A stretch of DNA of 63,847 nucleotides, from IMG/VR virus record IMGVR_UViG_3300033145_001771, positions 1 through 63,847 of that record; one strand, given 5' to 3'. The first letter of the stretch is position 1. Each line of letters begins with the position of its first letter. The notes under the pieces were generated by a model, which searched no databases, was not told the DNA's origin, and was given only the letters and a program-made list of their open reading frames with translations. Below are positions 41,381-51,595 of this stretch, piece after piece. This DNA comes from a virus. Lineage: Duplodnaviria; Caudoviricetes. The position numbers and the translations under genes were made by a program.

Positions 41381-41677
41381 TTACCATCTCAATAATCCTG
41401 TGAAAGTCATTATCCCACCTGGAATCTTTGAGTGTTTGTTGTTCCCTGCAAGAATGTGGCCAATCTCATGTAATATTAGCCTATGCAAATCTTCCTTATT
41501 AAAGAAAAATGCGCCTTTGTTGATATAGATTTCCCTTTTTTTAAGCTTAACATACCCTCGCACCCAATGACCATACCAGATATCATCAAGCCACGGCGCA
41601 TTATCATGGAATTCTTTGTCCGATTGATAGATAATTTTAACCTCTAATTTTTCTACATACGTCATCTTATTCTCCAT
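41381..41677 (-). CDS. Small metzincin-like metallopeptidase
   Basis: LHEIGHILAG..HS...IM. Confidence 0.6.
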   Translation of the reverse strand: MENKMTYVEKLEVKIIYQSDKEFHDNAPWLDDIWYGHWVRGYVKLKKREIYINKGAFFFNKEDLHRLILHEIGHILAGNNKHSKIPGGIMTFTGLLRW

Positions 41678-41907
41678 GCCTTTTTACAGTCTGTACATTG
41701 CAGTACGTTATGAGAGAATGGAGAAATTAGTATACAAAGTATTCCACCTAGAATCACACCAGCTCCTAAAGGGGGAATGATAAGCAACACCGCTCCAATA
41801 CAAATTATGATGAATCCCATTGTTATGAAGAACGCCGTTCCTCGCTTTTCAACTCTATTTGAACCACACCGTGGACAACGTTCCCAATCTTTAGACACAA
41901 TCCTCAC
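41662..41907 (-). CDS. Zn-ribbon membrane protein
   Basis: CPRC, two TM helices, CTDC. Confidence 0.6.
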   Translation of the reverse strand: MRIVSKDWERCPRCGSNRVEKRGTAFFITMGFIIICIGAVLLIIPPLGAGVILGGILCILISPFSHNVLQCTDCKKAWRIR

Positions 41908-42413
41908 GCTCCTCTAATTTTTTCAATTATCGACTCTATAACGAATGGAGCAGCTACACCCATTGAGAACGCAGATTTGGGGTCGCTTCCCATAAAATGA
42001 CCAACTGCTGCCGCGACTATAACACTGCCGAGAACGCCTAAATAGACATATGTTCTCATTACACCATCTTCGGTCTCTACAACTTCAACGTTGGGAAGCA
42101 AAATACCCAAATCCCCTTCAAGGATGCTATTGACTATCATTTAATTATCACCTCCAAATTCATACATATCCCTGCCTACAAAGAATCCGATAATTGTTGA
42201 TACAGCCAATGCGATTGTTTCATACCATGTCCATCCCCATACAATGTCCATGCCTCTACTCAATGCTAAAATATCATTGGTTACACATGCCAATGCCATC
42301 ATAACCCATGTAGCTACAAATAATTTTCTGCTATACGCACAAACAACTCCATGCAAAGCACCAAGCAAGAAGTACAACATACAACACGACGCCAAATCTA
42401 TCATATTCCTCAC
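41904..42413 (-). CDS. Two small membrane proteins (41904-42140 and 42141-42413)
   Basis: Hydrophobic helices; tightly coupled ORFs. Confidence 0.5.
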
Positions 42414-42535
42414 CTATCCACTAGATAATAGCAATTTAACAACCTCAATATAATATCCTCATACGTTTCTCCCTTTTTACCAAGTTTGTTCAGTTTATCC
42501 TTTGTTGATTTGCTAATCGCAATTGTAGTTTTCAT
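42410..42535 (-). CDS. Ribbon-helix-helix DNA-binding protein (41 aa, not in the ORF track)
   Basis: MKTTIAISKSTKDKLNKLGKKGETYEDIILRLL; GGTGG RBS and TATA upstream. Confidence 0.7.
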   Translation of the reverse strand: MKTTIAISKSTKDKLNKLGKKGETYEDIILRLLNCYYLVDR

Positions 42536-42575
42536 CTATACCACCTATTATCCTTATAGTATTTATATGTATTGG

Positions 42576-43841
42576 TTATCGGTCTTCTGGGGGCACATAT
42601 AAAGTATCTGTTGGTTTTAGTTGCTCATAAACGTTATTCAATAACTCAACCCATTTAGGTATTATGGCTTTATCCCAGTCTAAATTCTTGACAACCCAAT
42701 CTCTCGACTTTCTGCCATACATCTTTAATTTCTTCCTATCTTGATATGCTTCTTCTAAACACTCAGCCAAATGATTGATATCACATAGTGCTCTGCGGAT
42801 GTTGTATTTTGAATAGTAATAATATGTGTCTATGTCAACTAACCAACCGTGCCCTTTAACCAATTCTTTAGGTGCTGAGTATCCTGTTACTGTATTAGGC
42901 ACACCACAAGACATTGTTTCTGCAATCGGCAATCCAAATCCTTCTCCCCCAGTTGATAACGCATGGACATCAAAGATGTTGTATAGCTTTACAAGCTCGG
43001 CAACAGAACAACCAAACAGGAAATTGGTTTGTAAGGGAGAGAAGCAACACTTGTCTTGTATTCTAAACCTGAATCTAAGTTCTTCCAGCCCTTGTGCGGT
43101 TGGATACGGGTCGGCAGGGTCAGAGTGTATCAACAGAAACACATCGTCTTTATCGAGAGCAAACATTGAGAATGCTCGCATTAACCTGTCAAACCTTTTC
43201 CTCTCTGTGTTCCTACCCACACATCCTACTATAAATTTCCCCGATATATCATGACCTGATGCTTGCTTAATTTTTTCTGCTATTTCACGTTTAGCATTAT
43301 CTTTTTCTCTTTTTGAAAATGGATAATAAACATTGGTGTTCACGCCGTGATATATCATTTGAGGCTTCTCTATACCCAAATCAAACATCGCTTTCTGACC
43401 AAACTTCGACATAGCAACCGCAACATCCATTTTACTTAAAATTGGCTTAAATCCCAGATGCAATGGGTCACCATCAACTGTTGTATAGCCGACCCAAGGG
43501 CATGTCTTCATCCGAAGTATATGACCAACCATCCAAGGGTCATGTAGTGTTACTAATATATCAGGCTTTAGCTGCTCAAGATACATAGGAGTTATATTCC
43601 TTGCAATAGGGGAGCCATCGGTGGGGAGCATTGTCATTCCATAGTATAAAAGTGGTTGACCTCTATGTTGTAAGCCTAAATGCAAACATTCAAATCCTTG
43701 GGTAGACAAACGTGATAGAACTTCCCTAGTAACCGTTCCAAACCCTGTCGGCGTATTCGCAGAATCTGAAATCCAAAATATTCTCATTTTACCAGCTTCC
43801 AAATTACAACTATCAAACCTATTGCAAAAGCTTTCAACCAA
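42576..43841 (-). CDS. Glycosyltransferase family 4 (probable start at MRIFWISD)
   Basis: PTGFG, HGV, RNTERK, GEGFGLPIAE. Confidence 0.9.
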   Translation of the reverse strand: MVESFCNRFDSCNLEAGKMRIFWISDSANTPTGFGTVTREVLSRLSTQGFECLHLGLQHRGQPLLYYGMTMLPTDGSPIARNITPMYLEQLKPDILVTLHDPWMVGHILRMKTCPWVGYTTVDGDPLHLGFKPILSKMDVAVAMSKFGQKAMFDLGIEKPQMIYHGVNTNVYYPFSKREKDNAKREIAEKIKQASGHDISGKFIVGCVGRNTERKRFDRLMRAFSMFALDKDDVFLLIHSDPADPYPTAQGLEELRFRFRIQDKCCFSPLQTNFLFGCSVAELVKLYNIFDVHALSTGGEGFGLPIAETMSCGVPNTVTGYSAPKELVKGHGWLVDIDTYYYYSKYNIRRALCDINHLAECLEEAYQDRKKLKMYGRKSRDWVVKNLDWDKAIIPKWVELLNNVYEQLKPTDTLYVPPEDR

Positions 43842-43977
43842 CTGAAGCTCATAATTTCAAGTACACCCAAAGCCCAAAGTATTAAACTCCCAGAAACCAT
43901 TATAAGAGTTCCGAAGAATATCATTACTAACATGCTGATAACTGCAATTATCCCAATAATTTCTAATAAATCTGACA

Positions 43978-44304
43978 TTATTCCCCACCCTTTGTTAGAA
44001 CAAGCTCTATCGTCACTACAGGTCTATCTTGTCCTCTTTCATCTTTAAATATCTCAGAGCCTGTTATTGCTTTTACCTTCAAATTTGGCATAAAGCTCCT
44101 CTTTAGCATTTCAGATATTCCTATAGCTTTTGATACCTTGCTTCCACGAGCCCTTATTCTGACTTTAGACAATCCTTCATTAAAACAGAAAATCGCCCTG
44201 GAAACATAAGACAAGGCAGGCTTATCACCAACATAAATTACATCTTTCTCAAGCTCGGGTTTTTTCACAGGCTCTTCTTTTTTCTGTTCTTTCTTATCTG
44301 TCAT
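43978..44304 (-). CDS. albA: Alba chromatin protein
   Basis: VIYVGDKPALSYV, RARGSKVSKA, GSE, TIELVL align with Alba; start reassigned to MTDKK. Confidence 0.88.
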   Translation of the reverse strand: MTDKKEQKKEEPVKKPELEKDVIYVGDKPALSYVSRAIFCFNEGLSKVRIRARGSKVSKAIGISEMLKRSFMPNLKVKAITGSEIFKDERGQDRPVVTIELVLTKGGE

Positions 44305-44305
44305 A

Positions 44306-45298
44306 TTATTTTTCCTCCTTATATTTATCACATCCAACGCATATACCTTTACTTTTCAACCAAGCACAAGTACAATAATTGTATTTATTAACAATATTCC
44401 TAATCTGGTATTTTGTAACCGATGGATTAAAATCTCTCCACTTTAGTTGTTTTATAAACAGATATATACTCTTCTTTAATAAACTTTTCGTTTGTTTATC
44501 CATATGGTTTATGTTTTTACCCAATCTATATAAATCAGAGAGATACACTACTAAAGCGAACCTTTCCAGGTGAGTAGGATTTTCTTTTAATAGAATATGC
44601 TTGATACAATCATCAAATTCTTCTACTGGCACACCAAAAATATCTCCATATAACTTTATATCAGCAGCATCTTGAATTTCTATATTACTATTAGCCAAAC
44701 GTGTATCAAATCTAGAAATGTCAAGTAGTTTATTTCCAATAACCTCAATACAATTTCCTTGTTTTTGTGCTAGCTTCAATATATCTGAATAAGGGAAATG
44801 TATTTGCTTGTGTTTGAGTGGTATGCAAAACCTACCCTTTAAATTAAATGTGTTTGGAATTCTAGTAAGTCTTGATATATCACCAACAACATGTGTGTCT
44901 ATATGTAAATTTAGTTTCTTAATTAAATCTGTCTGTGCATTGTATACTGTATTCTTTTTATTAGTTAAATTGTTGTTTCCAGTCAGTATATAGATATGGA
45001 ATCCTTCTCCAGAAAAGATAACTGAATGTGATATATTCCTGTCTTCACAATAGCTATGCAACCTCAACATCTCTTCATAGAAGCAATCAGAATATTGTTT
45101 ATCAAAATCAAAAAACAGCTTATCGATAATTGCAGAATTATAGTTCACTTCTCCCATTGTATCTGTAAAGGAATAGACAGATGTGTAGCAGTTGATTTTA
45201 CCGTTGTATAGGTTTATAAGCTTAAGAAATTCTTTTATATCATAGACAACTCTGCGTCTCAGCCCAAACTCACGTGGAAACTTTTTAAATAACGTCAT
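44306..45298 (-). CDS. Archaeo-eukaryotic primase, PriS fused to a PriL/PriX-like C-terminal domain
   Basis: FFDFD, FSGEGFH, RIPNT; then CIKHIL...HLERFALV...CAWLKSKGIC..C. Confidence 0.85.
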   Translation of the reverse strand: MTLFKKFPREFGLRRRVVYDIKEFLKLINLYNGKINCYTSVYSFTDTMGEVNYNSAIIDKLFFDFDKQYSDCFYEEMLRLHSYCEDRNISHSVIFSGEGFHIYILTGNNNLTNKKNTVYNAQTDLIKKLNLHIDTHVVGDISRLTRIPNTFNLKGRFCIPLKHKQIHFPYSDILKLAQKQGNCIEVIGNKLLDISRFDTRLANSNIEIQDAADIKLYGDIFGVPVEEFDDCIKHILLKENPTHLERFALVVYLSDLYRLGKNINHMDKQTKSLLKKSIYLFIKQLKWRDFNPSVTKYQIRNIVNKYNYCTCAWLKSKGICVGCDKYKEEK

Positions 45299-47601
45299 CC
45301 AAACCCCTCAAATGTCATTTGTCCAATAGCTTCATCCCACGAAATGCCAGCTACCTTTAAAATTTTCTCCACCTTCGCTTTAATTACTTTACCAACAATT
45401 GTATCATAATCGGGTACAAAGCCACTCGCTGTGTCATTATCTTCAATCGCAATAACGTCTGTTGGTGGCAAATGTGATGGAACCTTTGATACATATAACC
45501 TTTTCGGTTTATCTAAAGGTTGGAAATTGGTACCCAAATACGCATTGGAATATTTTGCAGCCCGAACTTGGATTGACTGGGTTTTATAGCTGTCAAATGC
45601 TTTAGTTATTCTGCTCGGGATTGCAAGGTCTATTGGCTGATATCCGCCATTTTTGATGTTATATATATAGGATTTAAGTTTTTGGATTATCTTAGATTTG
45701 TCTGTTTTATCCAGAACCATCTGGATTATTTCACGTTGTACTATCTGAGAAACTGTAGCTGAATCCGAGCGTTTGGATTCCAACCCCACTATATGTAAAT
45801 CATCCATTTTCTGTTCATTTGCCCAGACCAATTTGCCACCATATCGCTTCTTAGTTAATAAGATAACTATTGTGTATAGTTTTTCAAACTTAATATGGAA
45901 CAGGTGCTCTTTTATATTAAACCGCTTAGCAAATTCATTATACCTTGTATTTAAGTTCTTTTCAATGTGTTTAGATATTTGAATCATCTCATCAACATCA
46001 TTTGTATTTAACAAGATAAACAATGAATCAGTATCTCCATAAATGACCTTAAACCCCATCTCTTCAACTTGCTCCTTGCTAAATTTCAAAAGCTCCCTTC
46101 CTACGAATGTGATTGATGCAGCAACTTTAGGATTAAATAACCTAGCTCTATTAAACGCAGTATAACCATAGATGCTATTAATGATAAACTTCATTGCATA
46201 GCATTGATTATCGTATTTCTTAAACTCACCTTTATCTTTTGCCGATAACATCAATCTCCTTTTTTCTTCTCTTAACGCAAGCAAGTTATCTAAGATTTGA
46301 GGCAAAATCCCACGTGGGTTTGATTTATATCTATACTTTCCTACTATAATATCACCATCATCACAGATTGTATCGGGTGAAATGTTTAGGGACTTTATAA
46401 TCATCGGATATGAGCTCTTTAAATCTAAAACTGCTACTGAATCATATATTCCTGGGGTTGGCTCATAAACAACCGCTGCTTGTATATATGTTTGCTTGTA
46501 CCTCTTTAGAGAAGGCAATATCAATTTATTATGGCACTGACGTAAAAGTAATATATCGTTTAATACACTTGGCATCAACACATCATCAAAACTGGCTCCA
46601 ACAATCTTGCGGATTTCATCATAAAATTCTGTAATAATACCCACTTTTTTATCAATATCAACAACCAAACTCACATCATTCTTATTATATGTGGCCACCA
46701 ACATTGGATTCTCTCTCCAAACTGTTGTTATATCATCCTTTAACTCAATTTTACTCCTACCTAATTCAAGATTTGCAATGTAGTCAAGTTTATAGCTAAC
46801 CAGTTGTTTCTCATGTAATTTAATATATGAATATAATAAATCGAAGACGCTCCTTCCACTTATAACAGCCTCATTTTTATTTACAAAACACTTATTTAAT
46901 GGAGATAGAGTGCCTGGGTTCAGTTTCAACTTTTTCAATCTGGTGATTAGATAAGGCAAATCAAACTTGGATACATTCCAGCCTGTAATTATATCAAAAT
47001 CAAAAGAAGCGAAGTCTGAAGCGAATGCTTTAAGAAGCTCTCTCTCAGTTTCGAATGTTTTAACATTCCAATTAATATCTTTTAATTCACCTAATACATA
47101 ACTATAATATTGGCTTGTATAATTATCATAAAAACAAATTGCTATAACCGGATATTTTGCATCCAATACATCAGGCACCTTCTTTTCAAGTGATGCCACT
47201 TCAATATCTAAATAACACAATCTGAGATTGTTTTCCACATCATCAACTGGCAGCAGCTTGCCATTTTCAATTAAAACACCACACTTAATTTGATTATCAA
47301 TTAGAAACCTCCTCACAAATGGAATATCTGCCTCATAATGTCTATCACTCTGTTCTCTGAGCCTGCTAACATCTGCTGGTTTCGATACAGTTATTTTATA
47401 TACTTCTTTACCATCGAATGTAGGAACGTCACTTTTTTCTATTTTAATTACAGCATCATCTTGAATTCGGTTTGTTGAATAGAAATAAGGTCGGAAGCCA
47501 CCAACCTTAATGGTTCTCCTCTTCTTATCTGCATCGCGACCAAATAAATAAATGCTATTATTTTTGCTTACATACTCCACCCTGTTTACAGCTATCTCCA
47601 T
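45295..47601 (-). CDS. polB: Family B DNA polymerase
   Basis: DIE, GWN..FD, YNKND, DLKSSYP, KFIINSIYG, YGDTDS, KKRY. Confidence 0.96.
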   Translation of the reverse strand: MEIAVNRVEYVSKNNSIYLFGRDADKKRRTIKVGGFRPYFYSTNRIQDDAVIKIEKSDVPTFDGKEVYKITVSKPADVSRLREQSDRHYEADIPFVRRFLIDNQIKCGVLIENGKLLPVDDVENNLRLCYLDIEVASLEKKVPDVLDAKYPVIAICFYDNYTSQYYSYVLGELKDINWNVKTFETERELLKAFASDFASFDFDIITGWNVSKFDLPYLITRLKKLKLNPGTLSPLNKCFVNKNEAVISGRSVFDLLYSYIKLHEKQLVSYKLDYIANLELGRSKIELKDDITTVWRENPMLVATYNKNDVSLVVDIDKKVGIITEFYDEIRKIVGASFDDVLMPSVLNDILLLRQCHNKLILPSLKRYKQTYIQAAVVYEPTPGIYDSVAVLDLKSSYPMIIKSLNISPDTICDDGDIIVGKYRYKSNPRGILPQILDNLLALREEKRRLMLSAKDKGEFKKYDNQCYAMKFIINSIYGYTAFNRARLFNPKVAASITFVGRELLKFSKEQVEEMGFKVIYGDTDSLFILLNTNDVDEMIQISKHIEKNLNTRYNEFAKRFNIKEHLFHIKFEKLYTIVILLTKKRYGGKLVWANEQKMDDLHIVGLESKRSDSATVSQIVQREIIQMVLDKTDKSKIIQKLKSYIYNIKNGGYQPIDLAIPSRITKAFDSYKTQSIQVRAAKYSNAYLGTNFQPLDKPKRLYVSKVPSHLPPTDVIAIEDNDTASGFVPDYDTIVGKVIKAKVEKILKVAGISWDEAIGQMTFEGFG

Positions 47602-47699
47602 CGTTTATCCCTCTTTTATTTATAGTATAAATACTTTTCAATCAGCAGGTTGAATTGTTATTCGACCGAACTCAAAATATTTAACTTCAATGACAAAAT

Positions 47700-47832
47700 C
47701 CAATATATGCGGTATGATTTTCAATTTAGACCTACTTTTTACTAATCCAAGAGAGTCGGCGGTATGATGTCGTTTTTTGGTATTTCCATACTTTAACCCC
47801 AAGGGTAAAGACACCCAAAACCTACAAAAACG
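47700..47832 (-). repeat. Dispersed non-coding element, copy D
   Basis: Reverse complement reads CTTTACCCTTGGGGTTAAAG...AAAACGACATCATACCGCCGACTCTCTTGGATT; the 16-nt core is identical to copy B. Confidence 0.7.
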
Positions 47833-48330
47833 CTATTTTTCAATCGCTTTGATAAAGTCTTGAACATATATAAAGTCTATCCCAGCATTTAATGCAGCTT
47901 GTTCATCAATATCGTTATCGCCAATAAAAAGACACTTCCGATATTTTTCTTTTATTATCAAGAGACCATTTGGGTCTGGCTTGGGGGTTATCACATCTAC
48001 TGCTACTATTATATCAAATGTGGAATCGAATCCGAACTTCTGCAATACATTTTGTATAACTTCTTCACTATTATTGCTACAAAGAGCTAATGGTTGGTTT
48101 TGGTTTTCCTTAATAAATTGACATATTTTTATATTTGGTTTTACTTGAGAAATGTCAAAGCGGTCTTTTTCCAGCTGATAAATAACCTTCTTTTTAATTT
48201 TTGGATTCACAAAGACAAATTCATCCATAGTATAACCAAGATTGTGAATATAACTTTCACTATCCAAGTTCAATTCAAAAATAGTACCATCAAAATCGAA
48301 TATTAAAATATCATAACCAGTGATATTCAA
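47833..48330 (-). CDS. HAD-family phosphatase
   Basis: FDFDGT, SN, KPDP, GDNDID. Confidence 0.9.
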   Translation of the reverse strand: MNITGYDILIFDFDGTIFELNLDSESYIHNLGYTMDEFVFVNPKIKKKVIYQLEKDRFDISQVKPNIKICQFIKENQNQPLALCSNNSEEVIQNVLQKFGFDSTFDIIVAVDVITPKPDPNGLLIIKEKYRKCLFIGDNDIDEQAALNAGIDFIYVQDFIKAIEK

Positions 48331-48332
48331 TT

Positions 48333-48992
48333 TTAAACACCCTTTTTATTTGAACTCCATATGTGCTTATGCAACCGAATAAATGCCACATCCAATCTAT
48401 TCTCTAGTATATAATTAGCTATATCTTTATAATCTATCTTTCCAAAACACGGAGAGAAGTAAACTCTTGCTTTTGTTGTATATCTATTTAACACATCTAC
48501 TGCCCAATCCATATCTTCTATAGAGGTAATCACAAACTTGAGGTCATCGTTTCTTGTCAATAGCTCTAAATTCTCAAACAACATTTTATCACTCATCCCA
48601 CTGCCTGGAGTTTTCATATCCAACACAACCCTCACATTTCTATGCCGTGGAATATAGCTTATATCTATACTTCCATTCTCTTCTATATCTACCTCATAAC
48701 CCAATTCAACCAGTTCATTGACTAACTCTCTAACAGATTCTTTTTGAAGCCCTGGGTTGCCACCTGTTATTTCTACAAGCCTGTATGGGCTATAGATTTG
48801 TATGTAATCAATGATGTTGTAAATGCTTACTCCTTTGCCTGATTCGAAGTCTCTGGCATATTTAGTATCACAATAAGTACAACCGCCCCAAGAGGAGGCT
48901 AGGTTGCAACCCGCTGTTCTAATAAATATAGTGGGCCTTCCCGCGTTCCTAGCCTCTCCCTGGATTGATAAGAAAATCTCGGCAATCTTCAT
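48333..48992 (-). CDS. queE: 7-carboxy-7-deazaguanine synthase (radical SAM)
   Basis: EIFLSIQGE, FIRTAGCNL...CTYCDT, ITGG, LHKHIW. Confidence 0.85.
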   Translation of the reverse strand: MKIAEIFLSIQGEARNAGRPTIFIRTAGCNLASSWGGCTYCDTKYARDFESGKGVSIYNIIDYIQIYSPYRLVEITGGNPGLQKESVRELVNELVELGYEVDIEENGSIDISYIPRHRNVRVVLDMKTPGSGMSDKMLFENLELLTRNDDLKFVITSIEDMDWAVDVLNRYTTKARVYFSPCFGKIDYKDIANYILENRLDVAFIRLHKHIWSSNKKGV

Positions 48993-49141
48993 TTTATCAC
49001 ACGGGCCTTACCGCTAAGGTCGGCTGCCGATTCTCTTTATAGATTCGTTTGGCTCTAGGTCATGCTGGTTCCAGAGTATATATACTATCTGCTCTAAATC
49101 TCTGATACGCTGCTCCATTTCTCTTATCCATACATCCATAT

Positions 49142-49492
49142 CTACACCTCCAAATATGTGCTACTGCACTCAGGTGATTCACAGACTGTTACCCCTACAA
49201 TTTCAACATCGAGCTCACGATGCCTGAGTTCCTTCTTTAACTCGTCATATATATACTTGCTGAGATTTTCTGCGGTGGGATTCTTAATTATAGCGTTTAG
49301 ACCTTGATGGTCGAGTCTATTTATTATGTCTTTGATTATTGTAAAGTCCACAAGCATACCATCCTTTAGTTTATCACCGTTTACTGTGACTATAATCTCC
49401 CACCTGTGACCATGAACTCTTCCACATTTGCCATCATATCCGGGCAACCAATGTGCTGCATCGATATATGCTTTGACTTCATTCGCCCACAT
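49142..49492 (-). CDS. queD: 6-carboxy-5,6,7,8-tetrahydropterin synthase
   Basis: AAH, CGRVHGH, DF, LDH, PTAEN. Confidence 0.92.
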   Translation of the reverse strand: MWANEVKAYIDAAHWLPGYDGKCGRVHGHRWEIIVTVNGDKLKDGMLVDFTIIKDIINRLDHQGLNAIIKNPTAENLSKYIYDELKKELRHRELDVEIVGVTVCESPECSSTYLEV

Positions 49493-50567
49493 TTTCTTTA
49501 TCTCCTAAATCTATTGATATGTCTGTTTCAGTTACAGGTTTAAGGTCTAAGTTTATCTTAAATTCTGGAATTGCCCAAATCCCATACACATTCATCATTA
49601 TATTACCTGGCTCATCGGTTGGTTCACCGGCTTCGTAGTCGTAACCTCTGCCCCTATTGGTCTGGCCTATAACCAACACTCTACTGTCTTCTCCAAAGTC
49701 TATTGGTAAAGATTCTGGAATCCAACACACAATCCCTCGAACTGGCCTCCCAAACTTGTCTTCAAATCCCAAAGACGAATCCCCAAGGAGAATCATCCTA
49801 TTTCCAGTTACTTGATTTGGCTCTAAATTCATTGTAATCACATCTCCTTCAGTAATTGTGATTCTATTTCTGTCTGCTTTATGCTGTTCATGATAGTCGT
49901 CAAGTTTGTCTATTGTAACGTAATGGTGAGATTTGAATACACTCTGCATATCTATATCTTTGCCCGTTGGAGTAAACTTAGTAGCTGATACCGCTGTTAA
50001 TTCTAAATCGCCCACCCCACTCTGAGTCTTGTCATTTGCTCTAAATGTACATTCTTGATAAAGTGGCACTTGCAGTCTCTCTGCCACTTCACCGAATGCT
50101 GTCATTTTATAAAACCGTGTACTATTATCAATAAAAACAACGCCATATATATGCCTTATAAACGACTTATCATCTTCACTAAATGGTTTGCCAAAACTTG
50201 GATTTGGCTTCCCACGTACTTTTTCCCTTGTATCTAAAGGAATCCCTTTTGCATTTGTCAGTCCTTGAACGATAGCGTTTTCAGCGTTTGTTTCAAATAT
50301 TTTCTTTGCAAATCGCTTTTTTATTTCAATTAAATCAACCAACCCCGAATCTCCTAAGTTCACACCAGTAAAGTGACTTGCTCTCGAAGATAGCCCCCTT
50401 CTATACTTATTATATAATCTAGAAAGTGCTCTGCTATCTATCTGTTCTTTTGTTAAGTTTGGGTGTATATTTTGTTCATCCTTCAACAAAGCATCGTATT
50501 CGGCTTCAAGGTCTTTTACCGAAACGCCTAGCTTTTTAGACCAATCTGAGAAAATATTTTTGCTCAT
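49479..50567 (-). CDS. Putative RPA/SSB-like OB-fold protein
   Basis: N-terminal helical domain, OB-like beta segments, acidic tail; replication context. Confidence 0.45.
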   Translation of the reverse strand: MSKNIFSDWSKKLGVSVKDLEAEYDALLKDEQNIHPNLTKEQIDSRALSRLYNKYRRGLSSRASHFTGVNLGDSGLVDLIEIKKRFAKKIFETNAENAIVQGLTNAKGIPLDTREKVRGKPNPSFGKPFSEDDKSFIRHIYGVVFIDNSTRFYKMTAFGEVAERLQVPLYQECTFRANDKTQSGVGDLELTAVSATKFTPTGKDIDMQSVFKSHHYVTIDKLDDYHEQHKADRNRITITEGDVITMNLEPNQVTGNRMILLGDSSLGFEDKFGRPVRGIVCWIPESLPIDFGEDSRVLVIGQTNRGRGYDYEAGEPTDEPGNIMMNVYGIWAIPEFKINLDLKPVTETDISIDLGDKENVGE

Positions 50568-50701
50568 CTTTAACCTCCTTCACATTTAAGAACCTATCCA
50601 CCCTATAATCCCACTCATATTTAAGCCTTTCGTTTGCGCTTGGCATAAAGCTTTTATATGATAAGGATAATAGGATACCCCAAAGATTAAGGAGGCAGTA
50701 T

Positions 50702-51595
50702 ATGGATATAAAAATTGCAACCCACCACGATGCTGATGGTATAACGTCGGCGTTCTTATTTATAAAGACACTGAATGAAGGGTATGAGATTATATATCCA
50801 GATATATTTGGGGATGTAAATGATGTTGATGTGGTGTTAGATATGGCTCCAATCAATCCCAAATTCAAGGGGACGGTATATGACCACCATCCCCAGCACA
50901 TGGATAACCATTCATATAAATTGATATGGGATGCAGTACCGACATCATTAATTATATACAGACAATTAAAGGATAAAATACCCAAGGAAGAATGTTGGAA
51001 AACAGTCGTTGGTTTAGTGGGAGATGCACAACCAGAGCTTACCCCTCCTGAGATATGGAAGTCTTGTCCAAGCTTGTTAGATATGGAACTAATTACGTCT
51101 GAATATAAGAATCAATTATCAACGTTCCAAATACCTAAATATAAACTATTATCAAGTCCAGTTAATGCAGCCTGTCGATTAGGATTTCCTGACATTGCTC
51201 TAAAATCTCTGATAAAAGCAACAAAGCCAGATGATATCCTCCACGACGAAACTCTTCTCTCGGCCAAGGCTAAGCTGAAGGGTATAATGTCAGGCGTCAT
51301 AAAGAATACTAATCCCATCGATTTAGGGCATATCGTTCTATGGATATATGATTCATCTGCACGGCTATCTGGATGGTTGGCCACACGGATAGAACAATCC
51401 ACTCATAAAACAGCAGTCGTTGTAAATAAATCCACAGGAAGTATGAGTATCAGAGGAGATTTAGCTCTATTGGTAGTTGAAAAATTAAACAAATCTGGGA
51501 TTCCTGCTGGGGGGCACCCGGGATTTAGTGGGGGCAATATATCTAAAGACCAAATTGGCCAACTTCCTAACATACTAAGGAACATATTAAGATGA
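50702..51595 (+). CDS. DHH-family phosphoesterase (RecJ/GAN-like)
   Basis: HHDADG, LD, DHH, GD, SIR, GGH. Confidence 0.88.
   Translation: MDIKIATHHDADGITSAFLFIKTLNEGYEIIYPDIFGDVNDVDVVLDMAPINPKFKGTVYDHHPQHMDNHSYKLIWDAVPTSLIIYRQLKDKIPKEECWKTVVGLVGDAQPELTPPEIWKSCPSLLDMELITSEYKNQLSTFQIPKYKLLSSPVNAACRLGFPDIALKSLIKATKPDDILHDETLLSAKAKLKGIMSGVIKNTNPIDLGHIVLWIYDSSARLSGWLATRIEQSTHKTAVVVNKSTGSMSIRGDLALLVVEKLNKSGIPAGGHPGFSGGNISKDQIGQLPNILRNILR

Noticed and set aside
45295-47601. Inteins in PolB, TerL or NrdD
   Set aside because: Lengths are normal and no C...HN(C/S/T) splice junctions or LAGLIDADG motifs were seen.
48333-48992. NrdG activase for nrdD
   Set aside because: SIQGE and LHK motifs plus adjacency to queD fit QueE better; no NrdG was recognised.
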